This document shows positions 1-8,434 of a DNA stretch of 64,000 nt, in pieces; the first letter of the stretch is position 1, and each line of letters starts with the position of its first letter. A program made the translations under genes and the position numbers. This stretch comes from a virus, in IMG/VR virus record IMGVR_UViG_3300019458_000005, positions 1 through 64,000 of that record. One strand, given 5' to 3'. A model generated the notes under the pieces. The model ran no database searches. It saw only the letters and a program-made list of their open reading frames with translations, and had not been told where the DNA came from.

Positions 1-59
1 AGGGCGTCGCGGTCTCCGGTCAGTGCCTGCCGTTCAAGCGTTCGGGTCCGTTCGTCCAC
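1..59 (-). CDS. hypothetical protein, N-terminal part only (gene runs off the left edge)
   Basis: GTG at 59..57 lies 1 nt after the TAG of the upstream ORF. The frame stays open to position 1 (VDERTRTLERQALTGDRDAL...). Confidence 0.25.
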   Translation of the reverse strand, partial: MDERTRTLERQALTGDRDA

Positions 60-60
60 G

Positions 61-243
61 CTAGGTTGCGCGGCCCAGGAGACCCTGCCGCTTCTTGAGC
101 AAGCGCTCAAGGATCGACTCGCGGCCCTCGCGTTCGGCCAGAAGCGTGGCGGCGATGTACTTCTTCGACTTCCCGGCCGGCGTCAGCCGGCCCTGCTTCC
201 GGCGCAGGCGACGAAGCCGGCGTACGTTGCGTTCGTGACCCAT
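61..243 (-). CDS. small basic hypothetical protein (60 aa)
   Basis: ORF track. ATG at 243 has GGAGG 5 nt upstream. N-terminus is Arg/Lys-rich. Confidence 0.45.
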   Translation of the reverse strand: MGHERNVRRLRRLRRKQGRLTPAGKSKKYIAATLLAEREGRESILERLLKKRQGLLGRAT

Positions 244-274
244 CGAAGCCTCCAGTGAGTCCGGAGCATATCAG

Positions 275-300
275 GTGGCTTCGAGTGCTGTCGAAGCCAC
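275..300. other. intergenic hairpin (possible terminator or 5'-UTR structure)
   Basis: Perfect 10-bp stem GTGGCTTCGA / TCGAAGCCAC with a 6-nt loop, between the 814-aa gene and the 60-aa gene. Confidence 0.35.
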
Positions 301-554
301 TGCATCCGAGGTCATCTTCATCAGTACTGGTACGTGTGGGAACGAATGTGAGTGCGTGCGCACGCGTGCGCGCCTGCACGCACTTCTTGAACAGGCGTCC
401 GAAGAACGGAATCGTTTGGCGCGCCCCTTCCGGGCTGGGCCCGTACGTGGAGCGAGCCGGCCTAGCTGGCCGGCACCTTGGAACCGAGAACCTCGCCGGG
501 AGCGCGCATCCTGGGCAGGCCGACGGGACCCTGGCCAGGCGACACGCGGTGGGC

Positions 555-2999
555 CTACGGGTCTGGCGGGGGCATTTGCGCTGCCTCGTTCTGGAAGTCA
601 GCGCGCTGGAACTGGCCGTTCTCCTTGAGGCGCTGGTAGCGCCACTCGCGCTGTGTGGGCCAGAGGACCAGGTTCGCGAGCATCTGGTTCCGGATCGACT
701 TCGAGGTGGGCGGGTGCTTCGAGGTGGAGATCCTGGAGTGACTGACCTGATCCCAGGTCTCCCACTCCACGAGCCCGGCCTTCTCGCACTCCTCGCCGCA
801 CTCCTCGCCGTGCTGGTGGTCGTCCTCGAGCGTGCCCTTCTGGAGGCGGTACTCGGCGGTCATCTGGCTGCGCGTGACCCAGGGCAGGCCTTGGCGGCCG
901 TGCTTGGGACGCGACGAGCCCGTACAGGGCTGGCGGAAGACCTGGTCCATGAAGGCGCAGAACTCGTCCCAGCTGGTATAGAACAGCCCGGCAGCTACGA
1001 CCCGAGGTGAGAGGTAGGCCACCCGCACGCGGTCCATGACCTCGTCGAGCGAGAGCATCCGCGCGTTCTGCCGGACGGTCTCGCTCATGTGCTCGAGGAG
1101 CGCCGTGCAGGTGTTGTCGTCGTCATGGGTGACCAGGTACATCACGAACCGATCAGGGCCGCGGGTCGCAGTCAGCCAGCGGAAGGCGAGCTTCTTGCTC
1201 ATCTGGTTCGCCTTCTTCCAGGCCCACAGCTCCTTCCGGGTCTTGAACTCCGGGCTCTCGATCCAGAGGAATCGCTTGTGTCCCTCCCACTTCTTCCGTA
1301 GGCAGGCGATCAGCATGTCTGAGTAGAAGACCGCGCATGGGATGCACGGGAGCCGGTCGCAGGGCCAGGAGCGGTACTTCCCCGGGCCGTGCGAGCTGCA
1401 GGTCCTGCGCGTGAACGTGCCACAGGGCTGCATCTCCTCGAGCGTCTTGCGGTACCTGTGGTCGACCGGACACTGCGGGTTGTCGCCGCGGCAGTACTGT
1501 TCGGATTGCCTCTGCATCGCCGAAGCCCCGTCGGAGGTCTTGGTGGGCAGGAGCTGACGGATGACATCCTTGAGGTCTAGTCCAGGGAGCTCCTTCTTGC
1601 GGTCCTGGTAGTAGGCCTGCGCGAGCTCGAGCAAGAACGAGCCCCCGTAGAAGAAATCGCGCAGGATCTTGCTCTTTCCACCCAGACGGACGCCGCTTCC
1701 TCCGCGCTTCAAGGCCTCGATGTCACGGGAGATCATGCTCCAGCTGTCGGCCGCCTTCAGGTCGAAGCTCTTGTAGACGACGTGCTGAACCTGGCGCGAC
1801 GATAGACGCAGTTGTCCGTGCAGGAGTCGGGCCGTACACATGCGTAGAAGGTGACGCTGGTCCGGAGACGAAGGCATGAAGCTGCGGTAGACCTCAGCGA
1901 CGTTCGTGAACTTGCACTTGTCGATGCCAGCGGCCAGTCGCTCCTCGACCTCGCTCTTGGGGCGAGCAATTCGGTTGCGCGCAGACTCCCGAGATCTCGC
2001 TTCGGCGATCAGTCCAGGCCTGCCGATCGCGGCCTGCTGGGTCTCGAACAGCCGCTCCCCGCGGGTCACGAGATCCTTTTGGATCGGGCTGCCCATGAGC
2101 GGCTCGCCTTCGAGGCGGGTCTTCCTGTGGACCTTCTCCTTATGGAGGCCTCCATCGGGCCGGAACATGCCGCCACGACCAGCGGCGCTCTTGTTCAGGT
2201 TCGAGAGGTCGACGGCTCCGAATTGTTGGCCGTGCGGATCGTCAGAGAAGACCCAGAACTCGTAGCTGGGCTTGGTGGAGACCCTTCTCTTCTTTGTTCC
2301 GGGTTTGTCGTCGTCGTCGTCCTTGTCCTTTTCGAGATCTGGCTGCGGAATGCGCGGCTGGAGTCCGATCTTCTGCATCACGTCGCGGCAGTAGCCCAGC
2401 ATGCAGCGCAGGAGTTCGGGCGTTTCTGCGCCTGGCTCGCATGGACCGAACTCTCCGTGGAAGCGTGGCGCTTCTGGCTTTCCGGATCTGCACCAACGCA
2501 GCCTGAATCCGTCGGCGCCCACAACGTCGTTGATCAACGACATCACGCGCTCCGCGCGCGGGAAGTCTTTCATGTCCAGATCGAATCCCGGCGCCGTCAA
2601 GCGCGGGATGTTGGTCATGAACTCCCTGTGCTCTTCTGATTCTGGAGTTCCTTTGTATAGTTTGTTGTCGTCAAGGAAGACGAACCTGGACAGTGACTTT
2701 TCGTCCGCGATGACTCCGTAGTCGTAGACTTGGCCTAGTACGTGGGCATCGCCCACGGACTCGCCCGTCTCCTCGATCACGATCTTGTTGCTGGAACAGT
2801 AATGGTCTGAGAGTACATCCACGTGATTGTCAGCGAACGTGGGGACCCAGCGCGCCCACTTAGAATCAGGGACCAATTGTGCGCGGACCCGCAGAGGGGC
2901 GTGGTCTCGGTTCTTGGCCTTGCGGTACTCAGCCCAGCGGGCCTTGAAGGCCTCGATGTCCTCTTGGGTCCAGAGCGCAGGCACGCGGGTGGTGTTCAT
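555..2999 (-). CDS. large Cys-rich hypothetical protein (814 aa); candidate replication-associated protein
   Basis: Long ORF. Start set at ATG 2999 (MNTTRVPALW), which forms an ATGA overlap with the stop of the upstream 90-aa ORF. Contains an acidic DKDDDDDK linker and a C-terminal Cys/His cluster (CRGDNPQCPVDH..CSSH..CDRLPCIPC). No family recognised. Confidence 0.6.
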   Translation of the reverse strand: MNTTRVPALWTQEDIEAFKARWAEYRKAKNRDHAPLRVRAQLVPDSKWARWVPTFADNHVDVLSDHYCSSNKIVIEETGESVGDAHVLGQVYDYGVIADEKSLSRFVFLDDNKLYKGTPESEEHREFMTNIPRLTAPGFDLDMKDFPRAERVMSLINDVVGADGFRLRWCRSGKPEAPRFHGEFGPCEPGAETPELLRCMLGYCRDVMQKIGLQPRIPQPDLEKDKDDDDDKPGTKKRRVSTKPSYEFWVFSDDPHGQQFGAVDLSNLNKSAAGRGGMFRPDGGLHKEKVHRKTRLEGEPLMGSPIQKDLVTRGERLFETQQAAIGRPGLIAEARSRESARNRIARPKSEVEERLAAGIDKCKFTNVAEVYRSFMPSSPDQRHLLRMCTARLLHGQLRLSSRQVQHVVYKSFDLKAADSWSMISRDIEALKRGGSGVRLGGKSKILRDFFYGGSFLLELAQAYYQDRKKELPGLDLKDVIRQLLPTKTSDGASAMQRQSEQYCRGDNPQCPVDHRYRKTLEEMQPCGTFTRRTCSSHGPGKYRSWPCDRLPCIPCAVFYSDMLIACLRKKWEGHKRFLWIESPEFKTRKELWAWKKANQMSKKLAFRWLTATRGPDRFVMYLVTHDDDNTCTALLEHMSETVRQNARMLSLDEVMDRVRVAYLSPRVVAAGLFYTSWDEFCAFMDQVFRQPCTGSSRPKHGRQGLPWVTRSQMTAEYRLQKGTLEDDHQHGEECGEECEKAGLVEWETWDQVSHSRISTSKHPPTSKSIRNQMLANLVLWPTQREWRYQRLKENGQFQRADFQNEAAQMPPPDP

Positions 3000-3268
3000 G
3001 CGTACCCTCCCCACGCGCCGTTGTCTCTCGCCCATTCCATCAGTTCTTCGTACGTGAACTCATCGAGTGCGTTGCCGTAGCAGGTCGCGAACGAAACTGG
3101 GTCCAGGTCCCAGGCCTCATCGATGGCCTGGATGTAGGTCTTTCTTTCTGACCTGTCTATGTAGGAGATGTAGGCCGCCACACAAGACAACTCTTGGATG
3201 GTGCGGTCTTTCTGAGGGATGCCTTTTGGTTTGAAGTTTGCGGCCTGGCGGGTAGCCCTCACGGGCAC
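2996..3268 (-). CDS. hypothetical protein (about 88-90 aa)
   Basis: ORF track. GGAGG lies immediately upstream, so the real start may be the second GTG at 3262. The stop overlaps the next start (ATGA). Confidence 0.5.
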   Translation of the reverse strand: MPVRATRQAANFKPKGIPQKDRTIQELSCVAAYISYIDRSERKTYIQAIDEAWDLDPVSFATCYGNALDEFTYEELMEWARDNGAWGGYA

Positions 3269-3357
3269 CTCCCCGTGAAACTATGGCTTGACAGGTTCTG
3301 ATCGGTTGGAATACGCTCTGGCACGTCAGCACCTCCGATGCTGGCGCCTTTGATCGA

Positions 3358-3382
3358 GGGCCACCGAGTTCAGGCGGTGGCC
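3358..3382. terminator. GC-rich hairpin downstream of the HTH gene
   Basis: GGGCCACCG-agttcag-CGGTGGCCC: 9-bp perfect stem, about 50 nt after the stop at 3432. No clear U-tract. Confidence 0.4.
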
Positions 3383-3431
3383 CTCAACCTGTACGCGCAG
3401 AACCATCGTTACCTGCTGGACCCACCGTTCG

Positions 3432-3746
3432 TCAACAGGCTTCGTTGGCTAGCTTCGCAAGTCCAGTAGCCAGCGTCGCGAGCGCTTCCTGGTGGATCAG
3501 ATTCGGGACGCTTCGTCCGTGGAACCAGTTCAGCACGGACGCGTCCGTGACGCCCAGCGCTCGAGCCACCGCGGCCGCTGAAGTCTGCCCCACCAGCCGC
3601 CACACGAGCTCCCTGGAGGCTCGCGTCCAGCGCTTCCGGTGACGCTTGGGCCGCGAGCAGCTGCGTGAGCATGCGAGTTGGGTCAGCTCCCAGGGCCGGA
3701 GTATGACCCCGCATGAGCACACGATCTCGCGCTTGAGCCGGGCCAT
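3432..3746 (-). CDS. helix-turn-helix DNA-binding protein (104 aa)
   Basis: Internal ATG of the 256-aa ORF at 3746 (MARLKREIVCSCG...) overlaps the DUF1643 stop (TGATG). HTH-like segment TSAAAVARALGVTDASVLNWFHGRS. The longer N-terminal extension is Arg/Gly/Pro junk overlapping the DUF1643 gene. Confidence 0.6.
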   Translation of the reverse strand: MARLKREIVCSCGVILRPWELTQLACSRSCSRPKRHRKRWTRASRELVWRLVGQTSAAAVARALGVTDASVLNWFHGRSVPNLIHQEALATLATGLAKLANEAC

Positions 3747-4735
3747 CAGTCCGGGTCCATGCCGCCTTCGTCGGCCGCTCGAGCCTCGTCGTCCTCGTCC
3801 GAACAGCCACGGCAGCCGCGGAACAGCGCTCCGGCCGTCTCCTTGACGTGGATGGCCGCCACCCGCTTCTCGTTGGTCTTCTTGTCCTTGCTTCCCCAGC
3901 AGCGCTCCCCCGGGGGCGGGTCGAGCTCGAGCGAGCGGCTCGAGCGAGTGAGCCGGATCTGGCTCTTGCCGACCTTCTTCAGGGTCACGACCTCGACTAC
4001 GTGACCGGCGCGGCCGTCGGCCCAGAGGCCTGAGACCCACTCCACCCGGACCTGCGCCCAGGGGTGCCAGGCCGCGTTGTTTCCGCCGTCGTTGAACTTG
4101 GTCCAGGCCAGGTCGCCGACCTCCCACACGTCCGGGCGCGGACGCTGCTCGGTGGGCTGCTTGGCCGGCCGCTCGGGAAACAGGTCCTTGGTCTGTTCCC
4201 AAAGGACCTCGGCGTTGGTCTTGGGCTTGGGCGGAGCTTTCCTGGGCTCGTACGGCTCCGGATTGGTGTCCTTGGCCAGATAGAGCGGGTGCTTGGGCGT
4301 GCCGTCCTTGTTGCGGCCCAAGCAGCGTACCCGAGCTCCAGCCTCCTCGAGGATCTTCTCGACCTGGTCTGAGCGGTTACGAACGGTAGCGATCGTGCCC
4401 CATGCCGCGAGGACGGCACGGCCTGCGCAGGCCTCGCGGAGGACCCGGTCGTTCTCAGGTCCGATGGCTCGCTCGAGCAGGTCGCACTTGAGCAGCTGGA
4501 GGAGCTCCTTGGGGTCGGTAGCCCGGTAAGCGAATGCGTTGACCTTGAGCAGTCCGCCGTAGCCCCACAGCTGCGCGAAGCCGATCTCGCGGGTCACGGT
4601 AGGGTCGTTTTTCTTCTCGTCGGCCGTGCTGGGATTCAGGCCGATCACCACCAGGACCGGCTTGCTCTCGTCCCAGATGCGCGTGAGCGAGTAGCGCCAG
4701 ATCCTACAGGGAGAAAACATCGCGTTGGAATACAC
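3746..4735 (-). CDS. DUF1643 domain protein with ~150-aa C-terminal extension
   Basis: RYSLTRIWDE..LVVIGLNPSTAD..DPTVTREIGFA..GYGGLLKVNAFAYRATDP..AAWG..GTPKHPLYL matches the DUF1643 signature as I remember it. GTG start directly follows the SNF2 stop. Confidence 0.8.
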   Translation of the reverse strand: MYSNAMFSPCRIWRYSLTRIWDESKPVLVVIGLNPSTADEKKNDPTVTREIGFAQLWGYGGLLKVNAFAYRATDPKELLQLLKCDLLERAIGPENDRVLREACAGRAVLAAWGTIATVRNRSDQVEKILEEAGARVRCLGRNKDGTPKHPLYLAKDTNPEPYEPRKAPPKPKTNAEVLWEQTKDLFPERPAKQPTEQRPRPDVWEVGDLAWTKFNDGGNNAAWHPWAQVRVEWVSGLWADGRAGHVVEVVTLKKVGKSQIRLTRSSRSLELDPPPGERCWGSKDKKTNEKRVAAIHVKETAGALFRGCRGCSDEDDEARAADEGGMDPD

Positions 4736-6484
4736 CTACCCCACCTCACCGTCAACCGCCGCGATCAGGCCGACCTTCTCGAGGTTGACCTCCTCGACGC
4801 GTTCGTCCAGCGCGTGGTCCGCGAACAGGTCGATGATCGTGACGTCCTGCAGCTGCCCGAACCGGTAGATGCGGTTCTCGCTCTGCTTGTTGACCCCAGG
4901 CGTCCACTCGCGGTCGACGCGGATCGCGTAGCGAGCGCGGTGGAGCGTGATCCCGACCCCGCCTGAATCGATGGTCAAGGCGATCCCGAGCAAGTCGCCG
5001 GCCTGGAAGCGGTCGATCGCCTTCTGTCGGGCCGCGTCCGAGGTCTTGCCCTGGATCGTGGCCCAGCGCCGCCGAGATCCCAGGATGTCGACCGGGGCGC
5101 GGTGGGCTGAGAACACGACCACGGGTTCCCCGTGCTCCTCGTAGCGCTCGACCAGCTCGAGGAGGCCGGGGATCTTGGCGGTGGCTAGGGCCTTTCGGAC
5201 CTCCATCAGCACGCGCTGGCCGGGCGAGAGCTTCTTCCACTTCAAGGCCAGGTCGATCGCCTTGCGAGCCTCGGCCGGGCTGGGCTCCTTGAGCTCCGAG
5301 AAGATGTGCTCCGCGTGGGCCTCGAGGTGCTCGTAGCGCTTGGCGCGCTGGTCCTCGTTGAGGCTTTTCTCCTCGGGGTTCTTGATCAGGCCGGACCGCA
5401 CGGCCTCCCAGGCCTTGGCGTGAGCCACGAGCTTCTTCGTAGCCAGCGTGAGCTGGCTGGCGTCCTCCTTGGTGATCTCGACCTCGACCTGCTGGTAGCG
5501 CTTCTCGGGCAGGTCCGGGATCACGTCCTGCAGGCGACGGATGCGGATCGCGGTTGGTCCTGGGTCCGGTCCTACATGTCCGATGCGGTCGAAGAGCTGC
5601 TTCAGCTTCGAGCCGGACGGCGGAGCTCTCTCGTCGCGCTCCTTCAGGTTGTACCAGTCCTCGAACATGGCGTCGAACTCGGCCCAGCCGGTCTGTGGGA
5701 AGGCTGCGAAGCCCAGGAGCGCGTTCTGCCACACCGACCACAGCTCCATGGGGTTGTTCTCCCATGGAGTGGCGGTCGAGAGCCACACGTAGCCGCCGGT
5801 CTCGAGGACCACGTCGCGGAGAACCCGGATCGCCTGACAGGTCTTCTTGTCCGGATTCTTGGCCTTTTGCGCCTCGTCGAGCACGAGCACGATCGGGCCC
5901 TTGGGTTTCACGATGCGCGTGAGGCCACGGATCCAGTCGTAGGTGCGGTAGGTCGCGAAGTTAGGCCCTCCTGGCGTCCACTTGTCGCGGTCGAGATCGA
6001 GCGTGAGCAGCTCCGGCCTCCACTCGCGGACCTCTTTCTGCCAGTTCCTCGTGAGTGACTTGGTGGCCACGAGGCACAGCCCGAAGCCTTCGGGGATTGC
6101 ACGCAGAAGCTGCGGCGTCTTGCCCACTCCGGTGGCGTCCTGAATGAGCGCGATTCGGCGCGAGGCCAGGAAACGCACCCCGTCCCGCTGGTAGTCGTAG
6201 AGCGTGCGCTTCGTGCCGTCGAGCACGCCTGAGCTGGGCCGCGTAGCGCGGTCCTCGACGTTGCCAGGGTTGACGCCCTTGAGCATGAAGCAGCGCCCGC
6301 ACACGTATTCGTGTCCGCTGGGGAGCTTGAGGGTCATGTCGGCCGGGATGCGCAGCCCGCAGGCCTCGCAGTCCCAGGTCTTCGTCCACTCGGGGAAGTC
6401 GACCAGCAAGCGGCTGCGGATTACGCCCTTCTTGCGGCGGGTGGCACGCGGCCCGGTCTCGTCGCCGACGATCTCGATGGCCAC
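4736..6484 (-). CDS. SNF2/DEAD-like helicase with N-terminal zinc ribbon
   Basis: YDYQRDGVRFL, DATGVGKT (Walker A), LVLDEAQKAKN (DEAQ box), and a C-terminal helicase lobe (VVFSAHRAP, QSENRIYRFGQ). CEACG..CGRC ribbon. Start set at GTG 6484, which overlaps the TAG of the upstream ORF. Confidence 0.85.
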   Translation of the reverse strand: MAIEIVGDETGPRATRRKKGVIRSRLLVDFPEWTKTWDCEACGLRIPADMTLKLPSGHEYVCGRCFMLKGVNPGNVEDRATRPSSGVLDGTKRTLYDYQRDGVRFLASRRIALIQDATGVGKTPQLLRAIPEGFGLCLVATKSLTRNWQKEVREWRPELLTLDLDRDKWTPGGPNFATYRTYDWIRGLTRIVKPKGPIVLVLDEAQKAKNPDKKTCQAIRVLRDVVLETGGYVWLSTATPWENNPMELWSVWQNALLGFAAFPQTGWAEFDAMFEDWYNLKERDERAPPSGSKLKQLFDRIGHVGPDPGPTAIRIRRLQDVIPDLPEKRYQQVEVEITKEDASQLTLATKKLVAHAKAWEAVRSGLIKNPEEKSLNEDQRAKRYEHLEAHAEHIFSELKEPSPAEARKAIDLALKWKKLSPGQRVLMEVRKALATAKIPGLLELVERYEEHGEPVVVFSAHRAPVDILGSRRRWATIQGKTSDAARQKAIDRFQAGDLLGIALTIDSGGVGITLHRARYAIRVDREWTPGVNKQSENRIYRFGQLQDVTIIDLFADHALDERVEEVNLEKVGLIAAVDGEVG

Positions 6485-6753
6485 TACTGACTCGCCGGAC
6501 GCCAGGTGAGCGGTTCGCGGCGCAAGAGGTCGATCAGTTCCCCGTACCCGAATCCGCCCCTTTGAGCGAGGCTCTCTGCGCTCTGGCTGCGGCTGCGGCC
6601 ATAGGCGGAGACGTAGTTGCCCCAGGCCTCGAGGTGCTCGGCCCACGAGACCGTGCCTAGGCCGCGCTTCAGGTGTCGGTCTTCCTGCACTGGAGCGCGT
6701 CGACCGCAGGTACAGGAAGCACAGTGCGGAGCGGCAGGGTCTGGTTCGGTCAT
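6484..6753 (-). CDS. hypothetical protein (89 aa)
   Basis: ATG 6753 (MTEPDPAAPHCASCTCG...) with AAGGAGGAG 8 nt upstream. The stop overlaps the SNF2 GTG. Confidence 0.55.
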   Translation of the reverse strand: MTEPDPAAPHCASCTCGRRAPVQEDRHLKRGLGTVSWAEHLEAWGNYVSAYGRSRSQSAESLAQRGGFGYGELIDLLRREPLTWRPASQ

Positions 6754-6881
6754 CAGTCCCGCTCCTCCTTGGTGTCGTGGAACAGGAGGATGACCTCCTC
6801 GCGCGGGTAGTTCTCGAGCGCCCAGCCCGCACACCAGGCCGACGTTACGCCACCCGAGAAGCCGACGATGACTCGCCTCAC
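6753..6881 (-). pseudogene. 42-codon ORF carrying only a PP-loop N-terminus (possible remnant of a PAPS-reductase / ATP-pyrophosphatase-like gene)
   Basis: VRRVIVGFSGGVTSAWCAGWALENYPREEVILLFHDTKEERD*. Contains an SGGxxS P-loop plus a DT..E motif, then a stop. GTGA overlap upstream and TGATG overlap downstream. Too short for the ORF track. Confidence 0.35.
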
Positions 6882-7099
6882 TTCTTCGCCTTCTTCTTGC
6901 GCTTCTCGCCGCCGCAGGCCTTCTCGACCATCCTCTTCGACAACTCCACCACCTCAGCATCGCACGGGCTGGAAGCGTCGATCTTGCCTGAGCTGTCGTA
7001 CCAGCTCAGGAGGCCGTGCCTCGAGCTGATGACCTGGAGCGTGAAGTCCTGTGCGTGTCCGGCCACGATGCGGATGAGGATCGTCTCGCCCGGCTTCAC
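6878..7099 (-). CDS. hypothetical protein (73 aa) with Lys-rich tail
   Basis: GTG 7099 forms a GTGA overlap with the DUF3310 gene stop. Ends GGEKRKKKAKK. Confidence 0.5.
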   Translation of the reverse strand: MKPGETILIRIVAGHAQDFTLQVISSRHGLLSWYDSSGKIDASSPCDAEVVELSKRMVEKACGGEKRKKKAKK

Positions 7100-7557
7100 G
7101 GCTTGGCCGTCTCCTTGGCCTCGAGCTCCGCGATCTCGCGCTGGAGGTACCACGCGGCCTTGCGCAGGTCGTCGAGCGTCGACTCGCCCGGCTTGAGGCC
7201 GGCGCGGCAGATGTACTTCAGCGCGGAGCCCAGGCAGAAGCCTAACTTCCAAGCCACGATGACCTTGATCGCTTCGTAGGGGTTGTCGGCTCCTCCGTAG
7301 TGGGCCGGATGGTCTACCTTTTCTGCTGTGTCACGCTTCTCGATGAACGACAGCAACTGAGCATGAATCAGCTCAGCGGGTTTGCGTTTCAGGCACTCCT
7401 GGCAGGTGACCGCTTCCCACACTTGAGTGAGGCTTTCTGCCAGAGAGGACCCGCAGATTGTGATGGGATAAGACGGAATCCCTATCTGCGGGATCTGGTG
7501 ATTTAGTTCCGGGTGCTGGTAGTGAGTTCCGGCTCCAGGTCCAGAGTATTGTGTCAC
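7096..7557 (-). CDS. DUF3310 domain protein
   Basis: HPAHYGGADNPYEAIKVI..LGSALKYICRAGLK..DLRKAAWYLQREI matches the DUF3310 signature from memory. GTG 7557 forms a GTGA overlap with the upstream stop. Confidence 0.75.
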   Translation of the reverse strand: MTQYSGPGAGTHYQHPELNHQIPQIGIPSYPITICGSSLAESLTQVWEAVTCQECLKRKPAELIHAQLLSFIEKRDTAEKVDHPAHYGGADNPYEAIKVIVAWKLGFCLGSALKYICRAGLKPGESTLDDLRKAAWYLQREIAELEAKETAKP

Positions 7558-8198
7558 GCGCCCTCCTCGACCTGATCCCAGATCCACAGCTCACGCGAGA
7601 GGCTCTTGCCGGACCGGTCGATCTTGACTGACCACCGGGTCAGCTCGCGCCACTCGCGGACTGATCCGGTCTCCTTGTTCTTCTTCTGATGTTTGTTCCA
7701 GCTCCACACCTCGAGCCGGTTGCCGCACCTGAGCCAGGCCATTACCTCCGAGTCCTGGAGCTCGAGCAGCTGGTCGATCTTTTTCCGCCGGGCCGCGGAG
7801 TCGCTTGAGCTGCTGGTCGCCTGGATGCCCAGCACACCCGCGTATCCCGGACAGATCTGGTTGCCGATCTGAACCGACTTGAGATTCGAGTCGTCGTCCT
7901 GCAGCACCACCAGGTCGATGCACCCGAACAGATCGATGGTCGTCTGGTCGCGCCAGTTGCCGTGAGCTTGTCGTCCTCCGAAGTGGATCCGGCGCTCGAC
8001 GATCCCGGCGTGCCAGCCGCGCTTCTTACACTCCGCGAGCGCGGCCTTGGTCGCCGAGAACTTGGTCTTTCGCGCCGGCTTGGCCGCCTTCTCGTGCGGG
8101 GCGTCGGTGTCGCTATGGAGGTAGAGCCCGGCGCACTGAGACTCGTGGTCTGTGCGCAGGCCTGCCGCAACCCCGCAGTTGCAGGCTGCGAGCTTCAC
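7554..8198 (-). CDS. hypothetical protein; possible PD-(D/E)xK-type nuclease/resolvase
   Basis: GW..GIVERR..TIDLFGCIDLVVL..LGIQATS resembles the E..D..D/E.K-like core of Hjc/VRR-NUC-type nucleases. The match is weak. GTGA-coupled start. Confidence 0.35.
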   Translation of the reverse strand: MKLAACNCGVAAGLRTDHESQCAGLYLHSDTDAPHEKAAKPARKTKFSATKAALAECKKRGWHAGIVERRIHFGGRQAHGNWRDQTTIDLFGCIDLVVLQDDDSNLKSVQIGNQICPGYAGVLGIQATSSSSDSAARRKKIDQLLELQDSEVMAWLRCGNRLEVWSWNKHQKKNKETGSVREWRELTRWSVKIDRSGKSLSRELWIWDQVEEGA

Positions 8199-8425
8199 TG
8201 GGTTGGTCTTTCGAGCTCGGACTCTATCGTGAGGGCGCAGGCCAACGCCTCGATGATCTGCGGGTCGTTTGCCTTATTCTTGCCCAGACGGATGCGCTCG
8301 TCGACCCAGTGGCGGATGGTCGACGGCGCAGCCGCGTCCCGGCCCAGGAGCACGAACAGCATCTCGTCCTCGCGGGCGCGGTTGAGGCAGCTGGTCGGAT
8401 AGGTTACTTCGTCGGTTTTGCGCAT
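8195..8425 (-). CDS. hypothetical protein (76 aa)
   Basis: ORF track. GGAG 7 nt upstream of ATG 8425. Confidence 0.55.
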   Translation of the reverse strand: MRKTDEVTYPTSCLNRAREDEMLFVLLGRDAAAPSTIRHWVDERIRLGKNKANDPQIIEALACALTIESELERPTQ

Positions 8426-8434
8426 GATGGTCTC

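Noticed and set aside
3288-3293. A perfect TTGACA hexamer on the plus strand with a weak -10 (AATACG) 16 nt downstream.
   Set aside because: It points into the 3' end of minus-strand genes and there is no plus-strand gene downstream. One consensus hexamer alone is not sufficient evidence.
6485-6960. Long N-terminal extensions of the SNF2 ORF (to 6832) and of the 89-aa ORF (to 6960).
   Set aside because: The extensions are Arg-rich junk that overlap each other and the PP-loop micro-ORF. Internal starts with stop/start overlap or a strong AAGGAGGAG RBS give a consistent non-overlapping gene string.
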